Assembly: GCA_030652335.1 (NCBI GenBank)
Contig: JAUSAW010000002.1
Span: 397,866-461,865 of the forward strand
Direction: 5' to 3'
DNA: 64,000 nucleotides
Origin: Gammaproteobacteria bacterium
GTDB taxonomy: Bacteria > Pseudomonadota > Gammaproteobacteria > Francisellales > CACEW01
Numbering within the stretch: the stretch's first letter is position 1; each line of letters starts with the position of its first letter. The position numbers and the translations under genes were made by a program. Below the pieces are notes generated by a model. That model was given only the letters and a program-made list of their open reading frames with translations. It searched no databases and was not told the DNA's origin. This document shows positions 28,389 to 38,942 of this stretch, piece after piece.

Positions 28389-29114
28389 AACTTATTAGCT
28401 TAAATATTTGGGGCGGCCATGTGCGCCAAGCCTTATTAGAATTCATAGGCTCTCATCAAGATATCGATATTTTTTGTCTTCAAGAAGTCTATCATAATGC
28501 ACCGGCTAAAATATCGACCGATGAGGAACCTGTTTTTTTAAATATTTTTGTCGAACTGCAAGCCGTGCTTCCAAACCATTTTGGATACTTTAGGCCGGTG
28601 GTAAATAATATTTATGGTATTGGAACGTTTATTAAAAAGGATATCCACGTAGTGGGCGAAGGAGAAATTAGCATTCACGAGCACCCCAACTATCCAGGCA
28701 AAGGCCCTACTCATTCTAGAAATTTGCAATGGCTAAAATGCCAGGTTAACGATCACATTTACGCCATCTTAAATGTACACGGCCTCTGGAACGGCCAAGG
28801 AAAAACCGATAGTCCAGAACGGATAGCTCAATCTCAAAAAATTAAAACGTTTATGGACTCAATAAGAACACCCCAGAATACTCTGTGGTGACTTTAATTT
28901 AAGGCCAGATACAAAAAGCCTACAAATAATTGAAGCTGGCATGGAAAACCTTATTCGCCGCCACCACATTAAATCCACTCGTACCAGCTATTATGCAAAA
29001 GATGAAAAATTTGCAGACTATGTTTTCGTGTCGCCCGATATTAACGTTAATCACTTTAGCGCTATGGCTGATGAGGTTTCAGACCACGCCCCGTTGCTTT
29101 TAGACTTTAATTAA
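28385..29114 (+). pseudogene. endonuclease/exonuclease/phosphatase (EEP) family gene, interrupted by a +1 frameshift
   Basis: Frame 1 (28385..28891) gives MKLISLNIWGG..FCLQEV.. and stops at TGA 28889..28891. The +1 frame continues ..EHPRILCGDFNLRPDT...SDHAPLLLDFN to TAA at 29112..29114, which is the conserved EEP C-terminal half. The switch must lie between 28866 and 28888, and a C4 run at 28871..28874 is the likely site. Confidence 0.75.
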
Positions 29115-29296
29115 ACCAGATAATTATCGGTTCCATCAAAGGCTGGGAAGTTAGTGCAAAATAATCTAACCGGGCTACTTAAATTTGATTTAAGAATATG
29201 ACCTACCCCAGGCTCAACCATTACCGACTGTCCTACTGTCAAAATCTGCATCACTCCATCTAATTCAATTGCCAGCTCCCCGCTTAATACCTTCAA
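29111..29296 (-). pseudogene. cupin-domain fragment (C-terminal half only)
   Basis: 61 aa with a TTG start: ..GELAIELDGVMQILTVGQSVMVEPGVGHIL.. matches the distal cupin beta-strands. The metal-binding N-terminal half is missing, and only 25 nt separate it from zapE. Confidence 0.4.
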
Positions 29297-29321
29297 GCAT
29301 TATTACCTTTGGCATCGCCCC

Positions 29322-30386
29322 TCACTTATTATTTAGATTTTGCCAATATTGTTGAGATTGCATCTCATGTAAACGGCTTATGGTTCGTTTAAATTCGAAT
29401 TGCAAACGTGTGCCGACATACAGTTCTTCTATCGCCACTGCCGCGGATAATACTAACTTAATCTGATTATCATAAAACTCATCGACCATCCCTATAAACC
29501 GACGCGCTTCGTCGTCAACCTCTGCTGATAATTGAGGCACTCCGCTTATCATCACCGAAGTATAGGTCTTAGCCAGTTCAATATAATCGGCCTGCCCGCG
29601 AGGTGATTTACAGAGCTGGGCAAATTCAAACCATGCCACATTAACGGCCCTAGCTATGGCTACAATATTGCGGCCCGCCAATTGAAACACATTATCCAGT
29701 AGAGGCTGATCGCGACGTAATACTTCAAAATGCGAGCGCATAAAGGATTGCTCACCGCATAACGGGAAATAGTAGTATTGATGCAGATTGGCTTTACTAT
29801 CTCGATAATCACTACCATTATCGACATTTACTATTTCGGTATTTTGTTCTAATAGTTTTATAGCAGGCAAAAATTGTTCTCTTTGCAGCCCCCCTTCATA
29901 TAGCTTATTAGGAGGCACGTTGGAAGTCGTTATTAGGCAAACCCCTTCGGCAAATAAATATTCTAATAGTAGACCCAAGATCATAGAATCTGCGATATCC
30001 ACCACTAGAAATTCATCGAAACATAATACTCGAGTCTCTTTGGCAATCATTTTAGCCACAAGCTGTAAAGGATTTTTTTTACCCTGCACGACTCTAAGCT
30101 CATTATGGATTCTTTGCATAAATCGATAGAAATGCATACGCATCTTTGCTTCAAAGGGTAGGCTTTGATAAAAACGGTCCATTAAATAAGTTTTGCCGCG
30201 ACCCACTCCGCCCCACATATAAAGCCCTCTTACTAAAGGCTTTGAACGAGAAAACCAAGATTTTGGTGACCCTGCCACTAATTCATCATAGACCCTTTGT
30301 AAGTGCACAACGGCATTCGCTTGAGCCGGGTCATTAATAAAGCCAGGCTGCTGCAAATCATGCTGATATAACTCAATCAATGTCAT
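29322..30386 (-). CDS. zapE: cell division protein ZapE (AFG1-like ATPase)
   Basis: 354 aa with Walker A WGGVGRGKTYLMD. It lies near yhcB (about 800 bp away, divergently oriented, with an alpha/beta hydrolase gene between them), recalling the E. coli yhcM-yhcB neighbourhood. Confidence 0.85.
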   Translation of the reverse strand: MTLIELYQHDLQQPGFINDPAQANAVVHLQRVYDELVAGSPKSWFSRSKPLVRGLYMWGGVGRGKTYLMDRFYQSLPFEAKMRMHFYRFMQRIHNELRVVQGKKNPLQLVAKMIAKETRVLCFDEFLVVDIADSMILGLLLEYLFAEGVCLITTSNVPPNKLYEGGLQREQFLPAIKLLEQNTEIVNVDNGSDYRDSKANLHQYYYFPLCGEQSFMRSHFEVLRRDQPLLDNVFQLAGRNIVAIARAVNVAWFEFAQLCKSPRGQADYIELAKTYTSVMISGVPQLSAEVDDEARRFIGMVDEFYDNQIKLVLSAAVAIEELYVGTRLQFEFKRTISRLHEMQSQQYWQNLNNK

Positions 30387-31024
30387 GCCGTTAATCTCGG
30401 TTGATAGATCTCAATTAATTTTTGTTTAAGCTCAATGAGTCGACCGTGGAAAAAATGCCCAACGTCTGGCCATTTCACTAATTCATAGCTCGCCTTATGC
30501 TCAGATAACCAAGTATAGACAGCTTCTGGCTCAATGACCTCATCGGCCTCACCCTGAATAATCAACCAAGGCATAAGCGGCTCAATTTTTTGTAAGGCTG
30601 GAAAGCGGGTAATACCAGGCGTGATAGTGAGTAATTGAGCAACTGAGGCGCGATTGGCCGCGCTATAGGCCACCGCCCCTCCAAATGAAAATCCACCCAA
30701 CCAAATACTATGCTCAGGGAATTGCTGCTTGACCCATGTTATAACGCTTAAGCAATCCTCAATTTCACCCAAGCCTTCACCATAAGAGCCTTCGCTCAAA
30801 CCCACCCCACGAAAATTAAAACGTAATGTATGACAGCCCATTTGCTGAAAAGCCTTACATGTCGTTGTGACCACCTTATTGTGCATAGTGCCTTCTTGTA
30901 ATGGATGGGGGTGGCACATAATAAAACAGATGGAATGGGTAGTATCGCCCTGCGCCTGCTCAAAAATAAGCTCTAGCTTACCGGCTGGGCCTTGAATAAA
31001 GCTGGTTTGTGTACTGCTATGCAC
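30383..31024 (-). CDS. alpha/beta hydrolase (COG2945-like)
   Basis: 213 aa with a GFSFGG nucleophile elbow. It overlaps the zapE start by 4 nt. Confidence 0.7.
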   Translation of the reverse strand: MHSSTQTSFIQGPAGKLELIFEQAQGDTTHSICFIMCHPHPLQEGTMHNKVVTTTCKAFQQMGCHTLRFNFRGVGLSEGSYGEGLGEIEDCLSVITWVKQQFPEHSIWLGGFSFGGAVAYSAANRASVAQLLTITPGITRFPALQKIEPLMPWLIIQGEADEVIEPEAVYTWLSEHKASYELVKWPDVGHFFHGRLIELKQKLIEIYQPRLTA

Positions 31025-31165
31025 TCTCGATACTCCGATTTTCAGCCAATTATCCTCGACTCGATCGAAGATGAATAAAAATTATAGCAATAACTGCTGC
31101 CAAGCCACTATGTTTTTTGCAGATTTCTTCTATAATGGGGGCATGATTCTTGGATAGGAAAGACC

Positions 31166-31549
31166 ATGCTAGATGTCATTTTCATTATTCTTGCCGTTGC
31201 AGTCGGCATTGCGGCAGGCTACGTATTGCGGACTTTTCTCTCCGATACCGAGCAACGCATTAGAAGCCTCACTCAAGAATTAGAGCAATCTAAAGCCGCT
31301 TTTCGCCAATATCAGCTTCAAGTAAGCGATCATTTGCTAAAAAGCGCGGATATCCTCAACAACCTCCAGCAAAACTGCCAATCCTTACAGGATCACGTCT
31401 TAACTAGCGCACAGACGCTAAATTTAGACAGCAATAAACAATCCGTATTACAACCGCACTCGCACTACATCCAATACGAAGACACTGAAATGGAAATGGA
31501 TAACGATGTGCCAGCTACCGATTCTACGGTTATGCCACGTAATTACTAA
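31166..31549 (+). CDS. yhcB: YhcB/ZapG-family inner membrane protein (DUF1043)
   Basis: 127 aa with an N-terminal TM helix followed by a coiled coil (RIRSLTQELEQSKAAFRQYQLQVSDHLLKSADIL). Conserved neighbourhood with zapE. Confidence 0.75.
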   Translation: MLDVIFIILAVAVGIAAGYVLRTFLSDTEQRIRSLTQELEQSKAAFRQYQLQVSDHLLKSADILNNLQQNCQSLQDHVLTSAQTLNLDSNKQSVLQPHSHYIQYEDTEMEMDNDVPATDSTVMPRNY

Positions 31550-31555
31550 ACTCTA

Positions 31556-31984
31556 ATGAAAAAACTCCTTGTTATTGCCTTGCTGGCCGCCGCTAATATA
31601 GCCATAGCTACCCAAGCTGTTAATATTGCCGGCACATATAACTGCTCTGTTCATAGCAATACTAATTTTCATTCAACCGTTACTTACACTTTAGACAAAA
31701 ATAATACCGACTTTTCTAAAGGATATAGCGCGTACAGCTTTAAAGGTCTTTCAGAATCCGGAACGATATACCAAGGCCAAGCAATTGCTAATGGCAGCAA
31801 CCTGGCAATTTACTACAAAAATCTAGACCCTACAAAAACAAATGACTATGGAATTGAGATTGTAACGGTTACCCATAATTTTGACTCACAGGACAGACCT
31901 GTTACCATCTTACGTAACATTGGTTATGGCGCACCGTTTAATAGAAATAGCACTTTTCAAATTACCTGTATCAGCAAAAATTAA
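31556..31984 (+). CDS. secreted hypothetical protein (142 aa)
   Basis: Signal peptide MKKLLVIALLAAANIAIATQA, then a beta-rich polar sequence with two Cys. No recognisable family. Confidence 0.55.
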   Translation: MKKLLVIALLAAANIAIATQAVNIAGTYNCSVHSNTNFHSTVTYTLDKNNTDFSKGYSAYSFKGLSESGTIYQGQAIANGSNLAIYYKNLDPTKTNDYGIEIVTVTHNFDSQDRPVTILRNIGYGAPFNRNSTFQITCISKN

Positions 31985-32001
31985 ACTGAATAGGAAAATA
32001 A

Positions 32002-32370
32002 ATGTCATTTGCGATCATCTATCGATTTAAGTTAAAGCCTCATCAAGAAGAAGCTTATCAGAAAAATTGGCATGTAATTGCTACTTATTTTATAGAAAAT
32101 TGCGGAGCCATTGGCTCTTGCTTACATAAAGGAGCAGGAGGCCTGTGGCTCGCCTATTCTCGTTGGCCTGACAAGACGACTCGTGATGCATCATGGCCAG
32201 GCGACAATGTATCCAATGATGCTTTGCCAGCAGAAATCCGTGAAGCTATTCGACAAATGCAGGCTTTAAAACAAGAAAACTCTGATCTTGAACAATATGA
32301 TGAAATCTGCTTAGAAGTTGTTGAAGACCTTTTACTGAACCACCCAATGACTTGTATTAGAAAAATTTAA
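32002..32370 (+). CDS. small ABM/dimeric alpha-beta-barrel-like protein (tentative)
   Basis: 122 aa. MSFAIIYRFKLKPHQEEAYQKNWHVIATYF..LWLAYSRWPD resembles antibiotic-biosynthesis-monooxygenase-type folds. This is weak, pattern-only evidence. Confidence 0.45.
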   Translation: MSFAIIYRFKLKPHQEEAYQKNWHVIATYFIENCGAIGSCLHKGAGGLWLAYSRWPDKTTRDASWPGDNVSNDALPAEIREAIRQMQALKQENSDLEQYDEICLEVVEDLLLNHPMTCIRKI

Positions 32371-32521
32371 TCTCAAGACAACATTCCGATCTTAAGCTAT
32401 ACGATAAAAACTGGTTAGAGCCGGCCATCGTAAATATATTCAATCGAGCACATTAATCTATCATATTATTGAAAAGCCCTTCTTAAAGCTGTGGGATACA
32501 AACTCTCTTAAATCGCATTAA

Positions 32522-33277
32522 TTATACTGGGTTGTCGATATCAATAAATTGGCATTTTACATCAAATTTTTCAGCCAGATGCTCACTCAAGGCTTTCACG
32601 CCATAGCGCTCGGTCGCATGATGCCCGGCACCTATATAAGCGATACCCATCTCCTTAGCAAAATGATAAGTCGATTCCGAGACTTCTCCGCTTAAATACG
32701 CATCCACTCCCTTAAGATGAGCTTGATCGATTAAGCTCTGCGCCCCACCAGTACACCAGGCGATAGTTTCTATTTTGGACTTAGCACCCGCAATCATTAA
32801 GGGCTGGCGATTTAATTTTTTGGCAATAAACTGGCTTAACTCTTCAACACTCATCGCCTGCTTTAATCGACCATACAAACCACGAGCCTGATCGTTTTCA
32901 CTAAATGGCCCAATAGCATCTATTTCCAAGATTTTAGCGAGCTGGCCATTATTGCCTAACTCAGGATGTGCATCCAAAGGCAGATGATAGGCCAGCAAAT
33001 TGATGTCATGGGTTAATAAAGTTTTAAGGCGATTATGCTTAAGCCCAACGACTTGTGGCGCTTCATTTTTCCAAAAGTAGCCATGATGAACCAAAACGGC
33101 ATCGGCTTTTAATTCCACAGCCTTATCGAGCAGAGCTTGGCAAGCCGTCACTCCAGTAACGATTTTACGAATAGCTGATTTGCCTTCGACCTGCAAACCG
33201 TTCGGGCAATAATCTTGAAACTTGCCCACTTCCAACAATTGATTTAAATATGAAACTAATTGATCACGCTCTATCAT
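32522..33277 (-). CDS. Nif3-family dinuclear metal centre protein (YbgI-like)
   Basis: 251 aa with VLVHHGYFW and GAGHHATERYG motifs. Confidence 0.85.
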   Translation of the reverse strand: MIERDQLVSYLNQLLEVGKFQDYCPNGLQVEGKSAIRKIVTGVTACQALLDKAVELKADAVLVHHGYFWKNEAPQVVGLKHNRLKTLLTHDINLLAYHLPLDAHPELGNNGQLAKILEIDAIGPFSENDQARGLYGRLKQAMSVEELSQFIAKKLNRQPLMIAGAKSKIETIAWCTGGAQSLIDQAHLKGVDAYLSGEVSESTYHFAKEMGIAYIGAGHHATERYGVKALSEHLAEKFDVKCQFIDIDNPV

Positions 33278-33304
33278 AAGTCTATTTCCTCTGCCCAGTT
33301 TTCA

Positions 33305-33333
33305 TTGACAAACCTAAGGCCCCACGGTAAATT
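33305..33333 (+). promoter_or_regulatory. candidate sigma70 promoter of tRNA-Leu
   Basis: TTGACA (33305..33310), a 17-nt spacer, then TAAATT (33328..33333), 13 nt before the tRNA 5' end. Confidence 0.6.
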
Positions 33334-33346
33334 AGCCATCCCCATT

Positions 33347-33433
33347 GCCGGGGTGGCGGAATTGGTAGACGCGCTAGTTTCAGGTACTAGTGGGGGTAAC
33401 CCCGCGGAGGTTCGAGTCCTCTCTCCGGCACCA
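33347..33433 (+). tRNA. tRNA-Leu (anticodon CAG), class II with a long variable arm and encoded CCA
   Basis: GCCGGGGTGGCGGAATTGGTAGACGCGCTAGTTTCAGGTACTAGTGGGGGTAACCCCGCGGAGGTTCGAGTCCTCTCTCCGGCACCA. The acceptor stem pairs GCCGGGG with CTCCGGC, with one mismatch. The anticodon loop is TTCAGGT and the T-loop is GGTTCGAGTCC. It is very similar to E. coli tRNA-Leu(CAG). Confidence 0.95.
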
Positions 33434-33607
33434 GTTATAAAAGACTTCTATTTTCTCCTGACTAGACCAGCACCAAACATTCTATCAATATCAACATCTT
33501 CAAACGATACAATCTTTTAGCCTAAGGTTGAAGCCCAAATATCCCACCAAATTTGGTTTTATAATTAATCAAATTAAAGCAAAAACTAATAAAAAATATG
33601 CAAAGTG

Positions 33608-33642
33608 AAAGGCCTTATAGACTAGCATATAAGGCCTTTTTT
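33608..33642. terminator. bidirectional Rho-independent terminator between tRNA-Leu and the ankyrin gene
   Basis: aaaggccttata / tataaggccttt 12-bp stem with loop gactagca, flanked by a T-run on the plus strand and an A-run upstream. Confidence 0.65.
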
Positions 33643-33650
33643 AGTAAACT

Positions 33651-34628
33651 CTATCTAGGATGAGCTTCTTTCCATGCATTCATGGCCGCAAGACGCCTAT
33701 CAAAAGCTAGGGTTTTTATTGTGGTCACAGCGGCCTCAGCGTGAGTGCTGGCAGGATTATTTTCAATAGCCCTAAGCGCAACGCGAAAAGCTTCCATCTT
33801 AACTTCACGGTCATCCGCTCCATGCCTTGCTAGGAATAGAACCGCAGAGGCATGCCCATACTTGAACGCCCCATGGATAAGACTTTTCGCAAAGTCGGCT
33901 CTTTCATCATTGGTCAGCACAGAGCTGGATATTAACAATCGAGCCATCTTATTAACGTTTCCTGTAATAGCGGCATAAGATAAGGCACTATCACCATTAT
34001 TTAAGAGGTATGCCCCATCACCGAATATCTTTTCGTAGAAATACTGCTTCGATCTCCTTGGCGATTCAGCTAATTCTTTTACCACAGCGTGATGCCCGGC
34101 TAATGCGGCTAGATCCAAAGGAGTTAAGCCAGCATCATTTTTAATCGTGCGGGATACACACAAAAGAATCATCGCCTTTACAAAGTCTAAATGGCCATTT
34201 TGAGCGGCGACGTGCAATAAGGTATTACCCAAATTATCAGTAGCGCTGCAATAGGCTCTTTTATGGTAAACTCGGCTAATATCACCATCAAAATAGGCTA
34301 CTGCATCTGATTGCCCAGTCTCAGCAAAATAATGCCATGCAGTTTTACCGCTCGAGTCTCTTAAAATAGTTGGGTCAATAATAATATTCGCATATGGACC
34401 AATACTCCGTTTTGGCGTTAAAAGATAAGCCATTTCGAAATCACCAAGTCTAGCTGCAAGATGTACAGGATACATGCCTTCACCTATATCGGTCGTTAAT
34501 AATTCGTATGCTGTAACATCATCATTTGTCATGCCTTGTCCTAGCCTCTCCAAAATAAATCTAGCCCTTGGAATTGCGTGACCTTCAATTGCAGTAATTA
34601 ATTGTGCCAAGTTCGGATTTGCATGCAT
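33651..34628 (-). CDS. ankyrin-repeat protein (about 6 repeats)
   Basis: 325 aa. Repeats include YPVHLAARLGDFEMAYLL, GNTLLHVAAQNGHLDFVKAMILL, GLTPLDLAALAGHHAVVKELA, GDSALSYAAITGNVNKMARLL and ..GHASAVLFLARHGADD. Confidence 0.9.
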   Translation of the reverse strand: MHANPNLAQLITAIEGHAIPRARFILERLGQGMTNDDVTAYELLTTDIGEGMYPVHLAARLGDFEMAYLLTPKRSIGPYANIIIDPTILRDSSGKTAWHYFAETGQSDAVAYFDGDISRVYHKRAYCSATDNLGNTLLHVAAQNGHLDFVKAMILLCVSRTIKNDAGLTPLDLAALAGHHAVVKELAESPRRSKQYFYEKIFGDGAYLLNNGDSALSYAAITGNVNKMARLLISSSVLTNDERADFAKSLIHGAFKYGHASAVLFLARHGADDREVKMEAFRVALRAIENNPASTHAEAAVTTIKTLAFDRRLAAMNAWKEAHPR

Positions 34629-34951
34629 AATATTATCTCCTTTTTAAGATATCCCCTAGATTCATTGTTTCGCTAAAATAGCTTTATAGTAATATCAGGG
34701 CGCGTCCTTAGCTCCTCACCTTATCTCCATATTTTAATTTGAGATCAGCAGTCAAAAAAACGCCCGGTCGCATTTTATTTAGATAAAACATAGTCCTCAA
34801 CAAGAACAATAATTTAAGAATTTATTTATATAGGGGAAAAAGATGTCGGGTCCTTTTAGTAAAAGATTGCTTCATTTTTTAGTTAGGCTGAGGTTGTAAT
34901 GAATGTGGGGATATAAAGAACTATAATATACTTTTTGGGCTTCTATGCAAA

Positions 34952-35890
34952 ATGATAAGGATAGCGCGTATGTCTGACACTCCAGAAGAACATAAGCTAG
35001 AAATTACCACCCAAATCGTAACAACCCTCATTGCTGAGCAGTTTCCGCAATTCGCACATCTGCAAATCAAGCCCGTCGATCACGGTGGCAACGATAATAG
35101 AACTTTTCGCCTTGGGAATGAAATGTCCATAAGATTACCGAGCGCCGAAGAGTATGTAAGCCAGGTGCAAAAAGAACAAAAATGGTTACCTAAAATTGCA
35201 TCACACTTACCCCTTCCTATTCCTCAGCCTATTGCTATGGGAGTGCCTTCAGTTGACTACCCTTGGAATTGGTCGATATATAAATGGCTAGAAGGAAAGA
35301 GCGCAAATAGTTTAGAGCATAGTGATGCAGATTTAGAGACAATCGCTATGCAGCTCGCACAATTCTTGAGTGATTTTCATAAGCTTAATACTGCTGGCGC
35401 TCCTGCCCCGGGACTTCATAACTGGTGGCGCGCTGCTCATACATCGATCTATGACGCCGAGACAAGGTTCCTCATCGACAAACTTAAGGGTTTTATTAAT
35501 GCTGATGATTCAAGATCACTTTGGCAAAGAGCCTTAAACTCTAAATGGGATAGAGACCCAGTGTGGGTTCATGGCGATGTTGCAAGCGGTAATCTATTAG
35601 TGAAAGAGAATAGACTGAGTGCTGTAATTGACTTTGGTTGCATGGGCATCGGCGATCCAGCCTGCGACTTAACTATAGCCTGGACATTTTTTAGAGGCAA
35701 GAGCAGAGGAATCTTTAAAGAGAATTTGCATCTTGACGAGGAGACCTGGGCAAGGGCACGTGGCTGGGCTATGTGGAAGGCACTTTATACAATTTCAGAG
35801 CTTGAAAATAAGAGCGGCACAGCTCTGGCGAAGCAACAACAGATTATTGATGCTGTTATGATGGAGCACTGTGGCTACTCGAGAATATAA
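34952..35890 (+). CDS. aminoglycoside-phosphotransferase-family (APH / eukaryotic-like kinase fold) protein
   Basis: 312 aa with Brenner motif HGDVASGNLLV and DFGCMGIGDPACDL. The in-frame ATG at 34970 (MSDTPEE..) has the better RBS (aaggatagcgcgtATG) and is the likelier start. Confidence 0.8.
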   Translation: MIRIARMSDTPEEHKLEITTQIVTTLIAEQFPQFAHLQIKPVDHGGNDNRTFRLGNEMSIRLPSAEEYVSQVQKEQKWLPKIASHLPLPIPQPIAMGVPSVDYPWNWSIYKWLEGKSANSLEHSDADLETIAMQLAQFLSDFHKLNTAGAPAPGLHNWWRAAHTSIYDAETRFLIDKLKGFINADDSRSLWQRALNSKWDRDPVWVHGDVASGNLLVKENRLSAVIDFGCMGIGDPACDLTIAWTFFRGKSRGIFKENLHLDEETWARARGWAMWKALYTISELENKSGTALAKQQQIIDAVMMEHCGYSRI

Positions 35891-36011
35891 TGACACAGTC
35901 TAAAAGCAGCAGCCTGAACTTATTGTACACCACTTTATTACTGGAGCTGTAATCTTCCACACCTATAGCTAAACAGGCAAACGCTTGGTTCACAATAGAT
36001 GCTGCCTGTAT

Positions 36012-37307
36012 TTATCCAATAGCAAAGCTTGGCAAAAAGTAGATCTTATTCACAGCATCGTAACGAAATTCGCCTTGATAGATATAAAAACCATACTCAG
36101 CCCCTTCTTCTTTCATAAAATGACATAGGTTCTTTACTTTTTTGCTGTCAATTTTTTGAGTATAGGTCACTTCAAATGGATAGATATTGGGTTTAGCCGA
36201 AAGTACAAAATCTACCTCAGTCCCTGTATGTGTGCGCCAATAATAAATATCAATTTTACGCGCATGGCGGGACTTGGTAATTTGCAGCTCTTTTAAAAAC
36301 CAATTTTCAAAACGGTGGCCAATCTGTCCTGATTTCTCTAATAATGCTAATTGATCTAAGCCTGTTAAATAGCTAATTAAACCATTATTGAGCAAATAAG
36401 CTTTGGGAGATTTGACCATGCGCCTGAGAGATTGATGAATGAAAGGATACACTTCTGTATAAACCAAGGTTGCACTCAAATAATTGCGATATTTTTTTAA
36501 GGTATCTCGCGCAATACCTATGCTATCAATAAGGCGCTTATCATCCCGCAATGAACCGGTCTGCTCAGCAACAACTTCTAGAAGTTTTTGATAGACTGGA
36601 ATATCAATGCGACCCATGCTTCTTACATCTTTTTCAAGATACGTTTGCAGATAGTTGGCAAGGTAACGAATTTTATCAGAATCACTATCTTGTTGCAGGA
36701 CTTCGGGCAGCCCGCCCCAGATTAATTGTAGCTTTAGCGCACTAGAAAGCTCTTGTCGATATAATCGCAATTGATTGACCCGAGGCTCAATCAGATCAAA
36801 TTTCTGCGCGAGAATTAAATCCAATACTGATTGATAGGGAAGTGAGGCATCGACAAGGTTTACCGTTTCCTGCAAAGAAAATTCTTGCAACTGAAATAGC
36901 TCAATTCTTCCTGCAAGGCTCTCAGCACTTAATTGGTGAATATCTAACTGCGATGAACCCGTGATAATGAATTTTAAAAGATCTTGATCTTTAAATTCAT
37001 CATAGAGCGCTTTCACTTCATCAAATATCTCTGGATACTTCTGTGCTTCATCAATCAAAACCCAAATCTTGCTTTGACCAATTTTTTGATGAACTTTTTC
37101 TTCAATGACAACGCGTAAACTTAAGTTATGAATAGCCTGCTGTTCTTTGATTAAATCTAAATTAAGTTGGCAATAGGGCGCTTTATCTTGAAGCAAACTC
37201 TTTACTAAAGTAGATTTCCCCACTCGACGCGGACCCAAAATTCCGGTAATAAAGGACCGATTCATAGACTCTTGAATAACTTTTTGATTGACTCGTGGCG
37301 CTAGCAT
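36012..37307 (-). CDS. AAA-type ATPase with a DUF4143-like C-terminal domain (COG1373-type)
   Basis: 431 aa with Walker A GPRRVGKST and Walker B LIDEAQKYPE. The C-terminal ..YYWRTHTGTEVDFV.. resembles the restriction-endonuclease-like DUF4143 module. Confidence 0.75.
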   Translation of the reverse strand: MLAPRVNQKVIQESMNRSFITGILGPRRVGKSTLVKSLLQDKAPYCQLNLDLIKEQQAIHNLSLRVVIEEKVHQKIGQSKIWVLIDEAQKYPEIFDEVKALYDEFKDQDLLKFIITGSSQLDIHQLSAESLAGRIELFQLQEFSLQETVNLVDASLPYQSVLDLILAQKFDLIEPRVNQLRLYRQELSSALKLQLIWGGLPEVLQQDSDSDKIRYLANYLQTYLEKDVRSMGRIDIPVYQKLLEVVAEQTGSLRDDKRLIDSIGIARDTLKKYRNYLSATLVYTEVYPFIHQSLRRMVKSPKAYLLNNGLISYLTGLDQLALLEKSGQIGHRFENWFLKELQITKSRHARKIDIYYWRTHTGTEVDFVLSAKPNIYPFEVTYTQKIDSKKVKNLCHFMKEEGAEYGFYIYQGEFRYDAVNKIYFLPSFAIG

Positions 37308-37519
37308 AAAGCCTCCTTTTTATGAAATACTACTACATTAGTAGCATTATTTCCATGAAAAAGTGATATTAGACTAGCATTTTTTCACAAAAAATAACCC
37401 TAAGAGTCATTTTATTAGCTGAAAAAATTGGCTTTTAAAGCAAATATAGCGCAAAAATAGTACCTTAGAGTAAGCTACACTACTGAAATCATGCAGGCGC
37501 GCACAAAACCATCAGCAAT

Positions 37520-38929
<1,410 letters not shown>

Positions 38930-38942
38930 TTAATTATGCCGA

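Noticed and set aside
33260-33520. An 86-aa plus-strand ORF spanning the tRNA-Leu gene.
   Set aside because: It reads straight through a canonical tRNA-Leu(CAG) and its promoter, so it is not a protein-coding gene.
35484-35499. CTTAAGGGTTTTATTAAT inside the APH gene, resembling sites A and B.
   Set aside because: The half-site spacing is 12 rather than 11, because of an extra C. It is intragenic, and no -10 or downstream gene fits. It is probably coincidence.
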